NCBI GenBank assembly: GCA_050290185.1
Contig: JBNKHE010000002.1
Span: forward strand, 224,001-288,000
Source of the DNA: Pontiella sp.
Lineage (GTDB): Bacteria; Verrucomicrobiota; Kiritimatiellia; Kiritimatiellales; Pontiellaceae
DNA: 64,000 nt
Direction: 5' to 3'
Made by a program: the position numbers and the translations under genes. This document shows positions 1-8,813 of this stretch, in pieces. A model generated the notes under the pieces. It saw only the letters and a list, made by a program, of their open reading frames with translations, had not been told where the DNA came from and did no database searches. Positions within the stretch are counted from its first letter, which is position 1. Each line of letters starts with the position of its first letter.

Positions 1-989
1 TTTTCGAGGCGAATGATTTCGTGGCCGGAATGCGGAGGATCGGCCAAACGGATTTTGGAGTTGTTCGCGACGGTGGAGGGTGCATCCAGCCGCTCGATTT
101 TTTCGAGCTGCTTGATCCGGCTCTGCACCTGCGCGGCCTTCGTGCTTTTCGCCCGGAAACGACGGATAAAACTTTCGATCTGCTCGATCTCGCGGTCCTG
201 GTTTTTCTTGGCGGCGAGTTGATGATGGATCCGATCTTCGCGTTCCTTCAAATAATAGTCGTAGCCGCCCTGATAGCGCGTGGCGTTGCCGCCCGCAATC
301 TCAAGCGTTACGGTCGCTAGGGAACGCAGAAGATAGCGGTCGTGCGAAATGAGCAGCATTGTACCTTCATACGCCCGCAGAAACTTCTGCAGCCATTCCA
401 CCGCCGGAAGGTCGAGAAAGTTGGACGGCTCGTCGAGCATCAGTAGATCGGGATTCGCGATAAGCGTGCGAGCCAGCTCGGCGCGCATCTGCCAACCGCC
501 GGAAAACGATGCAAAAGGCTTGTCGAATTCCTCTACATGAAAACCCAGACCGCACAGCGCCGCTTCGGCGCGGGAGCGCATTTCGTAGCCCCCCAGATGC
601 TCGAACGTATGCTGCAGTTCACCAATCCGTTTCAGCGCCCGTGCCTTTTCGGCCTCATCCATCGAACCCATTTTGTCTTCCAGTTCATGGATTTTTGCGG
701 GGATGGTTTTCAGCTCGGGGATCGAATCTTCGGTGTATTCGAGCAGGTTCTGATTGACCGCATGCGGATTGAGCTGCTGATGCAGATAGCCGATCCGGCA
801 GTGTTTCGGGATGACGATCTCGCCCTTATCGGCTTCGATATCATGGCCGATCAGCCCGAAAATGGTCGATTTGCCCGCCCCGTTGGGGCCGACAATGCCA
901 ATACGCTCGCCCGCATTGATACGGAACGTCACCGACTTCAGCACATCCTGCGTGCCGAACTGCTTGCTCACCTGGATAAAATCAATCAT
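1..989 (-). CDS. ABC-F family ATP-binding protein (partial; 3' end runs off the window)
   Basis: Not in the ORF track because it has no stop in the window. Manual translation from ATG at 989 gives MIDFIQVSKQFGTQDVLKSVTFRINAGERIGIVGPNGAGKST (Walker A), FSGGWQMRAELARTL, LLMLDEPSNFLD (Walker B), ISHDRY and YQGGYDYYL, all typical of ABC-F; no TM segments. Confidence 0.9.
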   Translation of the reverse strand, partial: MIDFIQVSKQFGTQDVLKSVTFRINAGERIGIVGPNGAGKSTIFGLIGHDIEADKGEIVIPKHCRIGYLHQQLNPHAVNQNLLEYTEDSIPELKTIPAKIHELEDKMGSMDEAEKARALKRIGELQHTFEHLGGYEMRSRAEAALCGLGFHVEEFDKPFASFSGGWQMRAELARTLIANPDLLMLDEPSNFLDLPAVEWLQKFLRAYEGTMLLISHDRYLLRSLATVTLEIAGGNATRYQGGYDYYLKEREDRIHHQLAAKKNQDREIEQIESFIRRFRAKSTKAAQVQSRIKQLEKIERLDAPSTVANNSKIRLADPPHSGHEIIRLE

Positions 990-1090
990 ACAAATCCCAA
1001 AGGATCAACAAGCTACCGAACCCCTCTCCCGGTTAGTAGCTTTGATTTGGGATTTTTCGGCAGCGACCGTTACATGCACTATTGAAGCGC

Positions 1091-1834
1091 CTACAGCACG
1101 GACCCGGGACGGCGGTGGTGCAGGTGCCATAGCAGGCTGAAAAACGTGATGACGGATATGAGGATCAGGCTCCCGACCACCAGACCGCAACCGGGCCAGC
1201 GATGCAGACCTTCGGCGGTGGAAACATCTCCCGCGACGAGCATGCCAAGCGCAACGCCCCCGCCAATGGTCATCCATCCGGCGACTACCATCATGGGCCA
1301 ATGGTGCGTAACCGCCCGCCAGGTCCACTGGCGATGATAGAAGGCAACAAAGACAAGTGCCCCCAGACCAGCCACGGTACTGATGGTATTCAGAAGAAGG
1401 TAAAACGGCGGCCGCAGTCGCCCCATCGGGACACCTTGTCGAAGTTCTTCGACATGCTGCACCAGCCAGCCATAGTCATGCGTGAACGAATCCCACATTA
1501 CATGCAGCAACGAACCAATAAGAATCTCGCAGCAAACGATGAGAAAGCGGGAAAGCGGCCAGAAATGAAAGGGCTTGTAATGCTCGGTATTTCCGCCCGC
1601 CATCGCAAGCAGCGGCCGTTTCCAGATGGCATGGAAGACCCAGAGCGCCACCAAACCGACGGGAATACAGAAAGCAAAAAGACCCGGCGCGGTATGGCTG
1701 AAATCGGTTCGCGGCGACAAGTGCAGGAAATATTCAAAGTCGGGGGCCAGGCTTCCGATCACCAAAGCAGAGATCGGCAACCGGCTGTGCCGGAATAGCA
1801 AAACCAGCGCTGGATGTGCAATCGTCAACGGCAT
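1091..1834 (-). CDS. DUF4184 family membrane protein
   Basis: Start moved to ATG 1834 (AAGGA upstream). MPLTIAHPALVL...SALVIGSLAPDFEYF and HVMWDSFTH match the DUF4184 signature; several TM helices. Confidence 0.8.
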   Translation of the reverse strand: MPLTIAHPALVLLFRHSRLPISALVIGSLAPDFEYFLHLSPRTDFSHTAPGLFAFCIPVGLVALWVFHAIWKRPLLAMAGGNTEHYKPFHFWPLSRFLIVCCEILIGSLLHVMWDSFTHDYGWLVQHVEELRQGVPMGRLRPPFYLLLNTISTVAGLGALVFVAFYHRQWTWRAVTHHWPMMVVAGWMTIGGGVALGMLVAGDVSTAEGLHRWPGCGLVVGSLILISVITFFSLLWHLHHRRPGSVL

Positions 1835-1925
1835 GATCGTCAGTTCCTTGTGAACGATTCCCGTTTCTTTTACCACAAAGGCCGGAAGACAACAATCCGC
1901 CGACACCGCCTTTGCGTTGATGTCC

Positions 1926-2672
1926 TCAGCCGTGTGGATGGGCGTGCCGCAGGATGTGCGGGCGCTCCAAACCGTGGGCGAGCATGAGCGCTTCGTCGTT
2001 GAGAATGTCCAGCATAGGGCCGTCGGCGACGATCTTTCCTTCATCCAGCACGATAACGCGGGAACAAACCTCGACCGCCAGTTCCAGATCGTGCGTGGCG
2101 ATGATCCGCGTATGCTCGAACGAGCGCAGCAACTCGATCAACCGGCGGCGGGCACGCGGATCGAGGTTGGACGAGGGTTCGTCCATCACCAGAATATCCG
2201 GTTCCATGGCGAGGACGGTGGCGATGGCGACGGCCCGTTTTTCACCGGAAGAAAGTCGGTAGGGAGGTCGCTCCCGCAGATGGCTTGCACCCACCCGTTT
2301 CAGGGCAGAATCAACCCGTTCATCAATTTGCTCCGGCGACAACCCGGCGTTCAGCGGACCGAAGGCGACATCCTCGGCGACTGTCGGCATGAACAGCTGG
2401 TCGTCGGAATCCTGGAACACCATGCCGACCGCGCGCCGAACAACCTTGGCGGTTTTGCGCGTCACGGAGGTGATGTCGATACGGACTTCGCCGGTCCTGG
2501 TCGTTAGATAGCCGTTGAGGTGGTGCAGCAAGGTTGATTTTCCGGCCCCGTTGGCACCGACCAGCGCCACGGCGGATCCACGTTCGATACAAAATGAAAT
2601 CCCATTGAGCGCAACCGTGCCGTCGGGATAGCTGTAATGGAGTTCGCGAATTTCCAAAGCGGGATTGTTCAT
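1926..2672 (-). CDS. cbiO: ECF transporter ATPase (NikO/CbiO)
   Basis: GANGAGKST, FQDSDDQLFMPTVAEDVAFGP, LSSGEKR, MDEPSSNLDP; His-rich tail HILRHAHPHG; overlaps the Q gene by 4 nt. Confidence 0.9.
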   Translation of the reverse strand: MNNPALEIRELHYSYPDGTVALNGISFCIERGSAVALVGANGAGKSTLLHHLNGYLTTRTGEVRIDITSVTRKTAKVVRRAVGMVFQDSDDQLFMPTVAEDVAFGPLNAGLSPEQIDERVDSALKRVGASHLRERPPYRLSSGEKRAVAIATVLAMEPDILVMDEPSSNLDPRARRRLIELLRSFEHTRIIATHDLELAVEVCSRVIVLDEGKIVADGPMLDILNDEALMLAHGLERPHILRHAHPHG

Positions 2673-3475
2673 CGAATCGCCTCCGTCATCAGATGGCCCA
2701 GGACATCGGCGAGATTCCAGATCCGGGCGGCAATAAGATAGGCCAGCGAGCCGATCACGAATGCCGCATCCTGCCAGCGCAACGCCGCCGGATTCAGCAG
2801 GCGGACCTCCCCGTCAAAACCTCGCGCGACCATGGCGCGATAGACGCGGTCGGCACGATCCATCGATCGCAGCAGCATTTGGCCCACCAGCGAACCGTAT
2901 ACACGAAGCCGCAATGAAGCCGCACCATTGGTCCGTAACGCAATGCCGCGCATGATCCGCACGGCTTCGTCGGACACGACAAACAGGTAGCGGTAAAGGA
3001 AAAGTAGTTGCATCACGAAGACACGCGGAACGCCGAGCTGTTCCAATCCGGCGCCGAGACGATGCATACCCGTGCAGGCCACCAGCACCAGCGCCGCCCC
3101 GACCGTCAGGACGAAACGGAACAGGATCGAAGCGAACGAAACCCACCCGCCGGTCAGAACCACCGGCCCAAGAGAGCCGACTGGATGATGGTCTAGCAAA
3201 GGATTCACCAGCCCAATGACCACGGCGAACGGGGCTGCGACAAGCATCTTCTTCAGAATATGGCGCGCCGGAATGCGGCCAAACTCAGCGAGCAATACCG
3301 GATAAAGCAGAAAGGGAACGAGCGCGGATATTTCATAACGGGAAAACGACATGACCAGCCCGATGAATACCAGCGTGACCAGTATCTTGGCGCGGGCATC
3401 GAGACGATGGACCGGGGTATCCATCCGCCCCAGCTCATCCATCCGTCCGACTTCAATCCAATCCGCCATGCACAT
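2669..3475 (-). CDS. cbiQ: ECF transporter T component (NikQ/CbiQ)
   Basis: HRLDARAK, LFLYRYL, RADRVYRAMVARGF motifs; multiple TM helices; start is 3475 or 3469. Confidence 0.88.
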   Translation of the reverse strand: MCMADWIEVGRMDELGRMDTPVHRLDARAKILVTLVFIGLVMSFSRYEISALVPFLLYPVLLAEFGRIPARHILKKMLVAAPFAVVIGLVNPLLDHHPVGSLGPVVLTGGWVSFASILFRFVLTVGAALVLVACTGMHRLGAGLEQLGVPRVFVMQLLFLYRYLFVVSDEAVRIMRGIALRTNGAASLRLRVYGSLVGQMLLRSMDRADRVYRAMVARGFDGEVRLLNPAALRWQDAAFVIGSLAYLIAARIWNLADVLGHLMTEAIR

Positions 3476-3485
3476 CCGATTTCCT

Positions 3486-4508
3486 CTACTCTATCCGCCC
3501 GGCCGGACGTAGCTTAAGCGCAAAACCCGTCAGTAAAACCAGCCCCAGCGTCAGCGATCCCCCAACAAGGCCCGACACGGAGGTTCCGGCGTTCACCGCA
3601 GGCCACGACTCTCCGGAATCATTTTCGGCTTCTGCCGTCTTGAAACCATAGTCCGGCAGGAACGCGGTTTTTTCCTGAAGACCGGCGAGATCCTTGTGGA
3701 TGCCCATATCGTCGCCGGAAACTTCTTCCTGTCCGGTTACCTTGGCGATGGACCATTCGAGCCCGTCGGGGTGCGTGGAGGCAAACCAGCTCACCGCACC
3801 GCCAACGATCGCCGCCACGATCGCCAGACCGACTAGTACCGACCGTACACGGACCGTCATTCCAGCCGCCACCTCCTGCTGCAGGATTTCCGGTCGCGCC
3901 CGGGCAACAAACGCAACCACAGTCGCCGTGGCCAACCCTTCCACCACGCCGATCGCCAGATGGATCGGCAACATCATGAGCGCGAACGTACCGAACGGAA
4001 GCTCGGAAATGCCGGACGCCGTGGTTTCGAGCACCACGCACAACGCGCCGAGCAGCAATCCAACCACGGCCGCCACGGCCGATGCCATCCAGGCCCGGGA
4101 TGTACCATGCCGCCCCTTTACCATCACCCGATAGAGCGGATACGCCACGAATACCGAGAGGAATCCCATATTGAAAATATTGCAACCCAGCGCCAGCAGG
4201 CCGCCGTCCGCAAAGAAGAAGGATTGGATGGTCAACACCGAAGCAATGACGAGAAAGGCCGCATAGGGACCGAGCAGAATCGCCAGCATCAGCCCGCCGA
4301 CGAGATGCCCGCTGGATCCCGTACCCGGAATCGAGAAGTTGATCATTTGTGCCGCGAAAATGAACGCCCCCATCACCCCCATCAGGGGCACGAGATGGTC
4401 CAGCATGGCCTGCTTCAGCTTGCGGGCGCAGAAAGCGATCAATCCGCCCGACACCGCCCACAGCGTCCCGCCCACAGCGGGGGAAATCAATGCGTCTGCC
4501 ATATGCAT
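3486..4508 (-). CDS. Fused NikMN/CbiMN substrate-specific ECF component with PDGLE domain
   Basis: N-terminus MHMADAL (metal-binding His2), FIFAAQMINF, GSSGH, DGGLLALGCN, then ASTHPDGLEW. Confidence 0.9.
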   Translation of the reverse strand: MHMADALISPAVGGTLWAVSGGLIAFCARKLKQAMLDHLVPLMGVMGAFIFAAQMINFSIPGTGSSGHLVGGLMLAILLGPYAAFLVIASVLTIQSFFFADGGLLALGCNIFNMGFLSVFVAYPLYRVMVKGRHGTSRAWMASAVAAVVGLLLGALCVVLETTASGISELPFGTFALMMLPIHLAIGVVEGLATATVVAFVARARPEILQQEVAAGMTVRVRSVLVGLAIVAAIVGGAVSWFASTHPDGLEWSIAKVTGQEEVSGDDMGIHKDLAGLQEKTAFLPDYGFKTAEAENDSGESWPAVNAGTSVSGLVGGSLTLGLVLLTGFALKLRPAGRIE

Positions 4509-4524
4509 GGTGCGATCCTCCTGT

Positions 4525-5289
4525 TTAGATTTCTGCCCCGAATGCCCACGTCAGTCCCGCCGTAGCCGTGATATCCGGCGCATCGCCGCAGATCTTCGTG
4601 CCCGCAGCCATATCCAGCGTCAAGGTTTCAATTGGACTCCACCGCAACCCTGTATTGCAGGCGGCTACGCTCTCGGCATCACTTGCACGTTCGTCTTCCG
4701 CAAACACCTCGCCGACCCACTGAACCGACGCTACGAGCTGATAATCAAGTGCCATGCCACCATGGACAACATCATGGTCCGGGCCGCCAACCCAGTTGTA
4801 GCCCAGATTGAGATGAGCGCCGAACCTTTCGCTTATCTTCCGGGAAACCACCCATGTCAGATCGTAATCTGTTTCTTCACTACCAAAACCTCTGTCTTTA
4901 TCCGCTGTTGGGACTTTCACGCCGGGAACAAGCGCATGCTGCGCTCCCAACGGGCATGATTCCAAAAACAACCATTTTGCACCCATTTCCAGATCACCGA
5001 TGCCGCTCTCGTGCATGGTACCCGCAAACTCTTTTCGGCGTTCCATTTGACCGCAGAAGGCAAAACCAACTTCGACATTCCTAACCAAGCCATAGGTGAG
5101 TCCGAACGGAAGTTCCCAATGTGTCGTTCCAGGATCCCGTTCATAGGCAAGCCCGGCTTCGAATTCGAACATTCCTTTTTCCACCGGATCCGCATCATCG
5201 ATTGCTAATGGCCTGCCCGCCCTTGAACTGGACACCACGCATAACACCACTGCAAAAACAACCGCTCGCAAGACTCTTACATTACCCAT
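4525..5289 (-). CDS. Outer-membrane beta-barrel 'transporter' (COG4313/phenol-MetA-pathway-like)
   Basis: Start ATG 5289 after GGGAGGAG. Signal peptide, then GRPLAIDDA, GIGDLEMGAKW, KVPTAD, alternating beta strands, and C-terminal AGLTWAF. Confidence 0.65.
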   Translation of the reverse strand: MGNVRVLRAVVFAVVLCVVSSSRAGRPLAIDDADPVEKGMFEFEAGLAYERDPGTTHWELPFGLTYGLVRNVEVGFAFCGQMERRKEFAGTMHESGIGDLEMGAKWLFLESCPLGAQHALVPGVKVPTADKDRGFGSEETDYDLTWVVSRKISERFGAHLNLGYNWVGGPDHDVVHGGMALDYQLVASVQWVGEVFAEDERASDAESVAACNTGLRWSPIETLTLDMAAGTKICGDAPDITATAGLTWAFGAEI

Positions 5290-5338
5290 CACCCATCTCC
5301 TCCCACGCCACCGCCTGCGGAGTCGCGCCCCATCGCGA

Positions 5339-5365
5339 GTAACACCTATCAGAAATACGTAACAC
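5339..5365 (-). promoter_or_regulatory. Candidate NikR operator GTAACAC-N13-GTAACAC (GTGTTAC-N13-GTGTTAC on the minus strand)
   Basis: Exact 7-bp repeat at 5339-5345 and 5359-5365, between nikR and the uptake operon. Half-site and 13-bp spacing resemble the deltaproteobacterial NikR sites as I recall them. Confidence 0.7.
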
Positions 5366-5422
5366 GATTCGAGCAAATATGCCGATTTATTCCATAGGTT
5401 CGATGGGATTTGATGACTGGAC

Positions 5423-5836
5423 TCAGGAAAGCCGCCGCCCCGTCGTGGCCGCCGTCAGAGAAACATGCTTCAACCCTTTCACGGCCTTGAGGCACTTGAC
5501 CAATGCCTTTACGGTTTCGGGCCGGCCGCGCACGATGATGGTTTCGAGGCAGTTGTCGTGGTCGAGATGGATGTGCTGCGATGACAGGATGGTTTCGTGG
5601 TAGTCGTGCTGGATAGCCGTCAGCTTCCGCGACAAGTCGGGCTTGTGGTGATCGAACACCAGCACGATCGATCCGGCAATCTCCTCGCCCGTGGCCCATT
5701 CCGTCTGGATCAGGCTCGCCCGGATCAAATCACCGACTGCCTTTGACCGCGTCGGACAGCCGTCTTCCTGGATCTTCTCGTCAAACTGCCGAACCAGATC
5801 TTCATCAAGCGATATACTGAATCGTGTCAAAGCCAT
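5423..5836 (-). CDS. nikR: Nickel-responsive regulator NikR
   Basis: RHH N-terminus RFSISLDEDL..RSKAVGDLIR; Ni site QHDYH..HIHLDHDNCLE; start ATG 5836. Confidence 0.93.
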   Translation of the reverse strand: MALTRFSISLDEDLVRQFDEKIQEDGCPTRSKAVGDLIRASLIQTEWATGEEIAGSIVLVFDHHKPDLSRKLTAIQHDYHETILSSQHIHLDHDNCLETIIVRGRPETVKALVKCLKAVKGLKHVSLTAATTGRRLS

Positions 5837-5958
5837 GTTTCTTCCCTCGGAAAACGGAAGCCTGTGTAGCATGTCCACAAAGCAAATGGCAATGGCCGGT
5901 CTGTTTGAAATCCGGAAAATAATTCCGCAAATATACTTCCTCTGGCAACGGGCGGAAT

Positions 5959-5994
5959 GAAAAAAGACCGGCCTGCCAAAGCAGACCGGTCTTT
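5959..5994 (-). terminator. Rho-independent terminator of the tRNA-Ser/Gly transcript
   Basis: Minus strand reads AAAGACCGGTCTGC-TTTG-GCAGGCCGGTCTTTTTT immediately after the tRNA-Gly CCA. Confidence 0.8.
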
Positions 5995-5997
5995 AAA

Positions 5998-6072
5998 TGG
6001 AGCGAGCGAAGAGATTCGAACTCTCGACATTCACCTTGGCAAGGTGAAGCTCTACCACTGAGCTACGCTCGC
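5998..6072 (-). tRNA. tRNA-Gly(GCC)
   Basis: GCGAGCGTAGCTCAGTGGTAGAGCTTCACCTTGCCAAGGTGAATGTCGAGAGTTCGAATCTCTTCGCTCGCTCCA folds as a cloverleaf; anticodon GCC; encoded CCA. Confidence 0.96.
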
Positions 6073-6099
6073 TTAAAATCGTTTGTTTCACGCCATAAA

Positions 6100-6192
<93 letters not shown>

Positions 6193-6212
6193 TAAAGTGG
6201 AACGAGTCGGGA

Positions 6213-6241
6213 AAGCTACACACTCGTTCCGGGGAAATCAA
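6213..6241 (-). promoter_or_regulatory. Sigma70-type promoter for the tRNA pair
   Basis: TTGATT-N17-TAGCTT with TGTG before the -10, 20 nt upstream of tRNA-Ser. Confidence 0.55.
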
Positions 6242-6339
6242 CCGGGTTTTTCGTCCAATTTTCCGAACGAACAATCAAGTACCGATCCGGTCCGGATTGA
6301 CGCTTGACGAATCCCGGCCATTGCTATTTTCTATGCCGC

Positions 6340-6621
6340 GTGAAACCGAGACGAACCATTGTGGCATTGCTCTACCTTCTGATGATGGCAGTGCTTCCAT
6401 ATGCGCACCTCGCCTCCCATGCGCACGAGCATGGCCAAAGCGCGCACGACTCCTGCGCACTTTGCCACCTGCTGACGCTACCTGCCCACACGAGCGAGAC
6501 CGATGTTTCGGTAGAGTCGGCACTCCTTTTAACCGACGTAGTTTCAATATCGGTTCCAAAACCCGATCGCTTCCAACCGCTTCCCCACCAGGCCCGCGCC
6601 CCTCCGTTCATGACTGCCTAG
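6340..6621 (+). CDS. DUF2946-like leader protein (signal/TM segment, His-rich, CxxC, C-terminal RAPP)
   Basis: Probable GTG start at 6340: MKPRRTIVALLYLLMMAVLPYAHLASHAHEHGQSAHDSCALCH...HQARAPPFMTA; RAPP codons at 6595-6606. Confidence 0.75.
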   Translation: MKPRRTIVALLYLLMMAVLPYAHLASHAHEHGQSAHDSCALCHLLTLPAHTSETDVSVESALLLTDVVSISVPKPDRFQPLPHQARAPPFMTA

Positions 6622-6687
6622 CTTCATCACGAAATGTCCCCGACGGGGACCTGCAGTCATTTGAATATATCAACGGAGATTTTTATA

Positions 6688-7896
6688 ATGAAACAATTCA
6701 TTGTGCCCGCGCTGGTTGCGTCGGGCCTGCTTGCGCACACCTATGCGGACGACGCATCGCTAAAGGCGTTCAATCCCGCCGTATCGGTAATCGTCGACGG
6801 CATGTACTACCACGAGAATTCCGAAGAGGGGATGGGCCACCTCAAGGAGGAAATATCCGGTTTTGGCCACGCCCATGCCGGAGAAGAACACGACCATGAG
6901 CACGGCATGGAGAACGGGTTCAACCTACGCCATCTCGAAATCCAGTTTTCGGCGGAGGTCGACAGCTACTTCAAGGCCTCGGCCATCGCCGCCATTTCGG
7001 AAGAGGGCGCCGAAATGGAAACCGCCGAAATCCAGACCACCGGCCTGCCCTGGGGACTCCAGGCCAGGGCCGGCAAGTTTTTCAGCGACTTCGGCTACAT
7101 CAATGCCCAGCATACCCACCAATGGGACTTTGCCGACCGGCCACTGATCTACGAGCTGGCACTGGGCGATCACGGACTGAACGACAAGGGAGTCCAGCTT
7201 TCCTGGCTGGCCCCCACCCCGGTCTACCTGCTGGTGGGCGTGGAAGCGTTCCAAGGCGATAACGAAAAGATGTATGTCCAGCAGGAGGCGGACGAATTAC
7301 CGGTCAACGACGGGCCGCGACTCGGCGTCGGCTGGATCAAGATCGCCCCGCTGCAGTCCGACAACCACGCGCTGCAACTGGGACTGTTCGGCGCTTCGGG
7401 CAGCCATCAGGAAATCCACGAAGAAGTCGCATCGACCAACTTCTACGACGGCGTCAACTGGTTCTGCGGCGGCGACGTGGTCTACAAGTACGATTCCGCC
7501 CGCGCCTACGGGCAGGGCGATGCGACGTTGCAGGCGGAATATTTCCTCCGCAACACCGACCTCGACCTGCAGGGAGCCGGCGGCCAGCTGGAGGCGGAGC
7601 AGGACGGATACTACGTCCAGGGCACCTATGGGTTCCTCCCCCGTTGGCGCGGCGGACTGCGCTGGGAGCAGGTTGGGTTAATCAACGAATCACAGGAACC
7701 CGGCGAGGTCAGGGAGGAGTTTGGCGAAAGCTGGCGCACCAGTGCGATGGTCGATTTCAGCCCGTCGGAGTTCTCGCGCATCCGCTTCCAAGTCAACAAC
7801 GGCGATTATGAAACGGCAGAAGGCACCCAGAACGTTTGGGAGGCCTTTGTTCAGCTCACCGTTTCGCTCGGCGCGCACGGCGCACACAAGTTCTAG
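6688..7896 (+). CDS. His-rich outer-membrane porin/receptor for metal uptake
   Basis: GGAG RBS; signal peptide MKQFIVPALVASGLLAHTYA; FNPAVSV; GHAHAGEEHDHEHG; NAQHTHQWDFAD; PSEFSRIRFQ; C-terminal GAHGAHKF. Confidence 0.75.
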   Translation: MKQFIVPALVASGLLAHTYADDASLKAFNPAVSVIVDGMYYHENSEEGMGHLKEEISGFGHAHAGEEHDHEHGMENGFNLRHLEIQFSAEVDSYFKASAIAAISEEGAEMETAEIQTTGLPWGLQARAGKFFSDFGYINAQHTHQWDFADRPLIYELALGDHGLNDKGVQLSWLAPTPVYLLVGVEAFQGDNEKMYVQQEADELPVNDGPRLGVGWIKIAPLQSDNHALQLGLFGASGSHQEIHEEVASTNFYDGVNWFCGGDVVYKYDSARAYGQGDATLQAEYFLRNTDLDLQGAGGQLEAEQDGYYVQGTYGFLPRWRGGLRWEQVGLINESQEPGEVREEFGESWRTSAMVDFSPSEFSRIRFQVNNGDYETAEGTQNVWEAFVQLTVSLGAHGAHKF

Positions 7897-7904
7897 GAGA
7901 CCCC

Positions 7905-8810
7905 ATGAAAAACTATGTATCAATACTACTGCTCTCGTTCGTATTCGCATCCGCCGCCCAGGCCGGTAAATTCAAGATCGTAACCACCACGTCCGACCTC
8001 GGCTCGATTGCCCAGGCTGTGGCGGGCGACCACGCCGACGTGCAGTCTGTCTGCACCGGAAACCAGGACCCGCACCATCTGCAGGCGCGTCCGAAATACA
8101 TCATGATGGCGCGCAATGCGGATCTATGGATCCGCACCGGCATGGAACTGGAGATCGGCTGGGAAATGCCGGTGATCGACGGATCGCGCAACCGCAAAAT
8201 CCGCCCCGGCCAGCCGGGCCATCTCGACGCATCCACGAACATTGAAAAACTCGATGTTCCGGATGCGCAAACACTCAGCCGCGGCATGGGCGATGTCCAT
8301 GCGCAGGGGAATCCGCACTACCTGACCGACCCGCTGAATGCGAAGCTGGTGGCCGGCGACATCGCCGAGCGGCTGGCGCAGCTCGATCCGGCCAACGCCG
8401 AATCCTACCGTGCCAACGCCCAGGCGTTACAGGCCGAGATCGACCGGCGCATGGCGGTTTGGCAGGAAAAACTGGCGTCGCTCAAAGAGCAGTCCATCGT
8501 GACCTACCACAAAAGCTGGGTCTATTTCGTCCATCGCTTCGGAATGGATATAGCGATCGAGCTTGAACCCAAACCCGGCGTTCCGCCTAGCCCGGCGCAT
8601 CTGGCGCAGGTCGAGGAAACGGTTCGTCGCAAAGGGATAGGCCTAATTCTTCAGGAGCCGTGGTACAGCACGAAGGCGGCAAAACGCGTGGCGGAAGCAA
8701 CCGGCGCGCGCATCGTCGTGGCCCCCATCATGACGGGTGGCGATCCGGCGGCGACCGACTACCTGTCGCTCATCGACCTGATCGTCGATCGGCTGGCAGA
8801 GAAGGAGTAA
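7905..8810 (+). CDS. Metal ABC transporter substrate-binding protein (ZnuA/TroA family)
   Basis: AGGAG RBS; signal peptide; QDPHH, DVHAQGNPHY, TYHKSW, EPKPGVPPSPAHL motifs. Confidence 0.88.
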   Translation: MKNYVSILLLSFVFASAAQAGKFKIVTTTSDLGSIAQAVAGDHADVQSVCTGNQDPHHLQARPKYIMMARNADLWIRTGMELEIGWEMPVIDGSRNRKIRPGQPGHLDASTNIEKLDVPDAQTLSRGMGDVHAQGNPHYLTDPLNAKLVAGDIAERLAQLDPANAESYRANAQALQAEIDRRMAVWQEKLASLKEQSIVTYHKSWVYFVHRFGMDIAIELEPKPGVPPSPAHLAQVEETVRRKGIGLILQEPWYSTKAAKRVAEATGARIVVAPIMTGGDPAATDYLSLIDLIVDRLAEKE

Positions 8811-8813
8811 ACC

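Noticed and set aside
5290..5420. Cobalamin or NiCo riboswitch upstream of the ECF operon
   Set aside because: The leader is short and lacks a B12-box or other recognisable aptamer; a NikR-like site explains the regulation.
6084..6099. TGTTTCACG parS half-site between the tRNAs
   Set aside because: Only one half matches; the other arm is absent.
6454..6468. CALCH as a c-type heme-binding motif
   Set aside because: It fits the CxxC of DUF2946-like leaders; the peptide lacks any cytochrome-like context.
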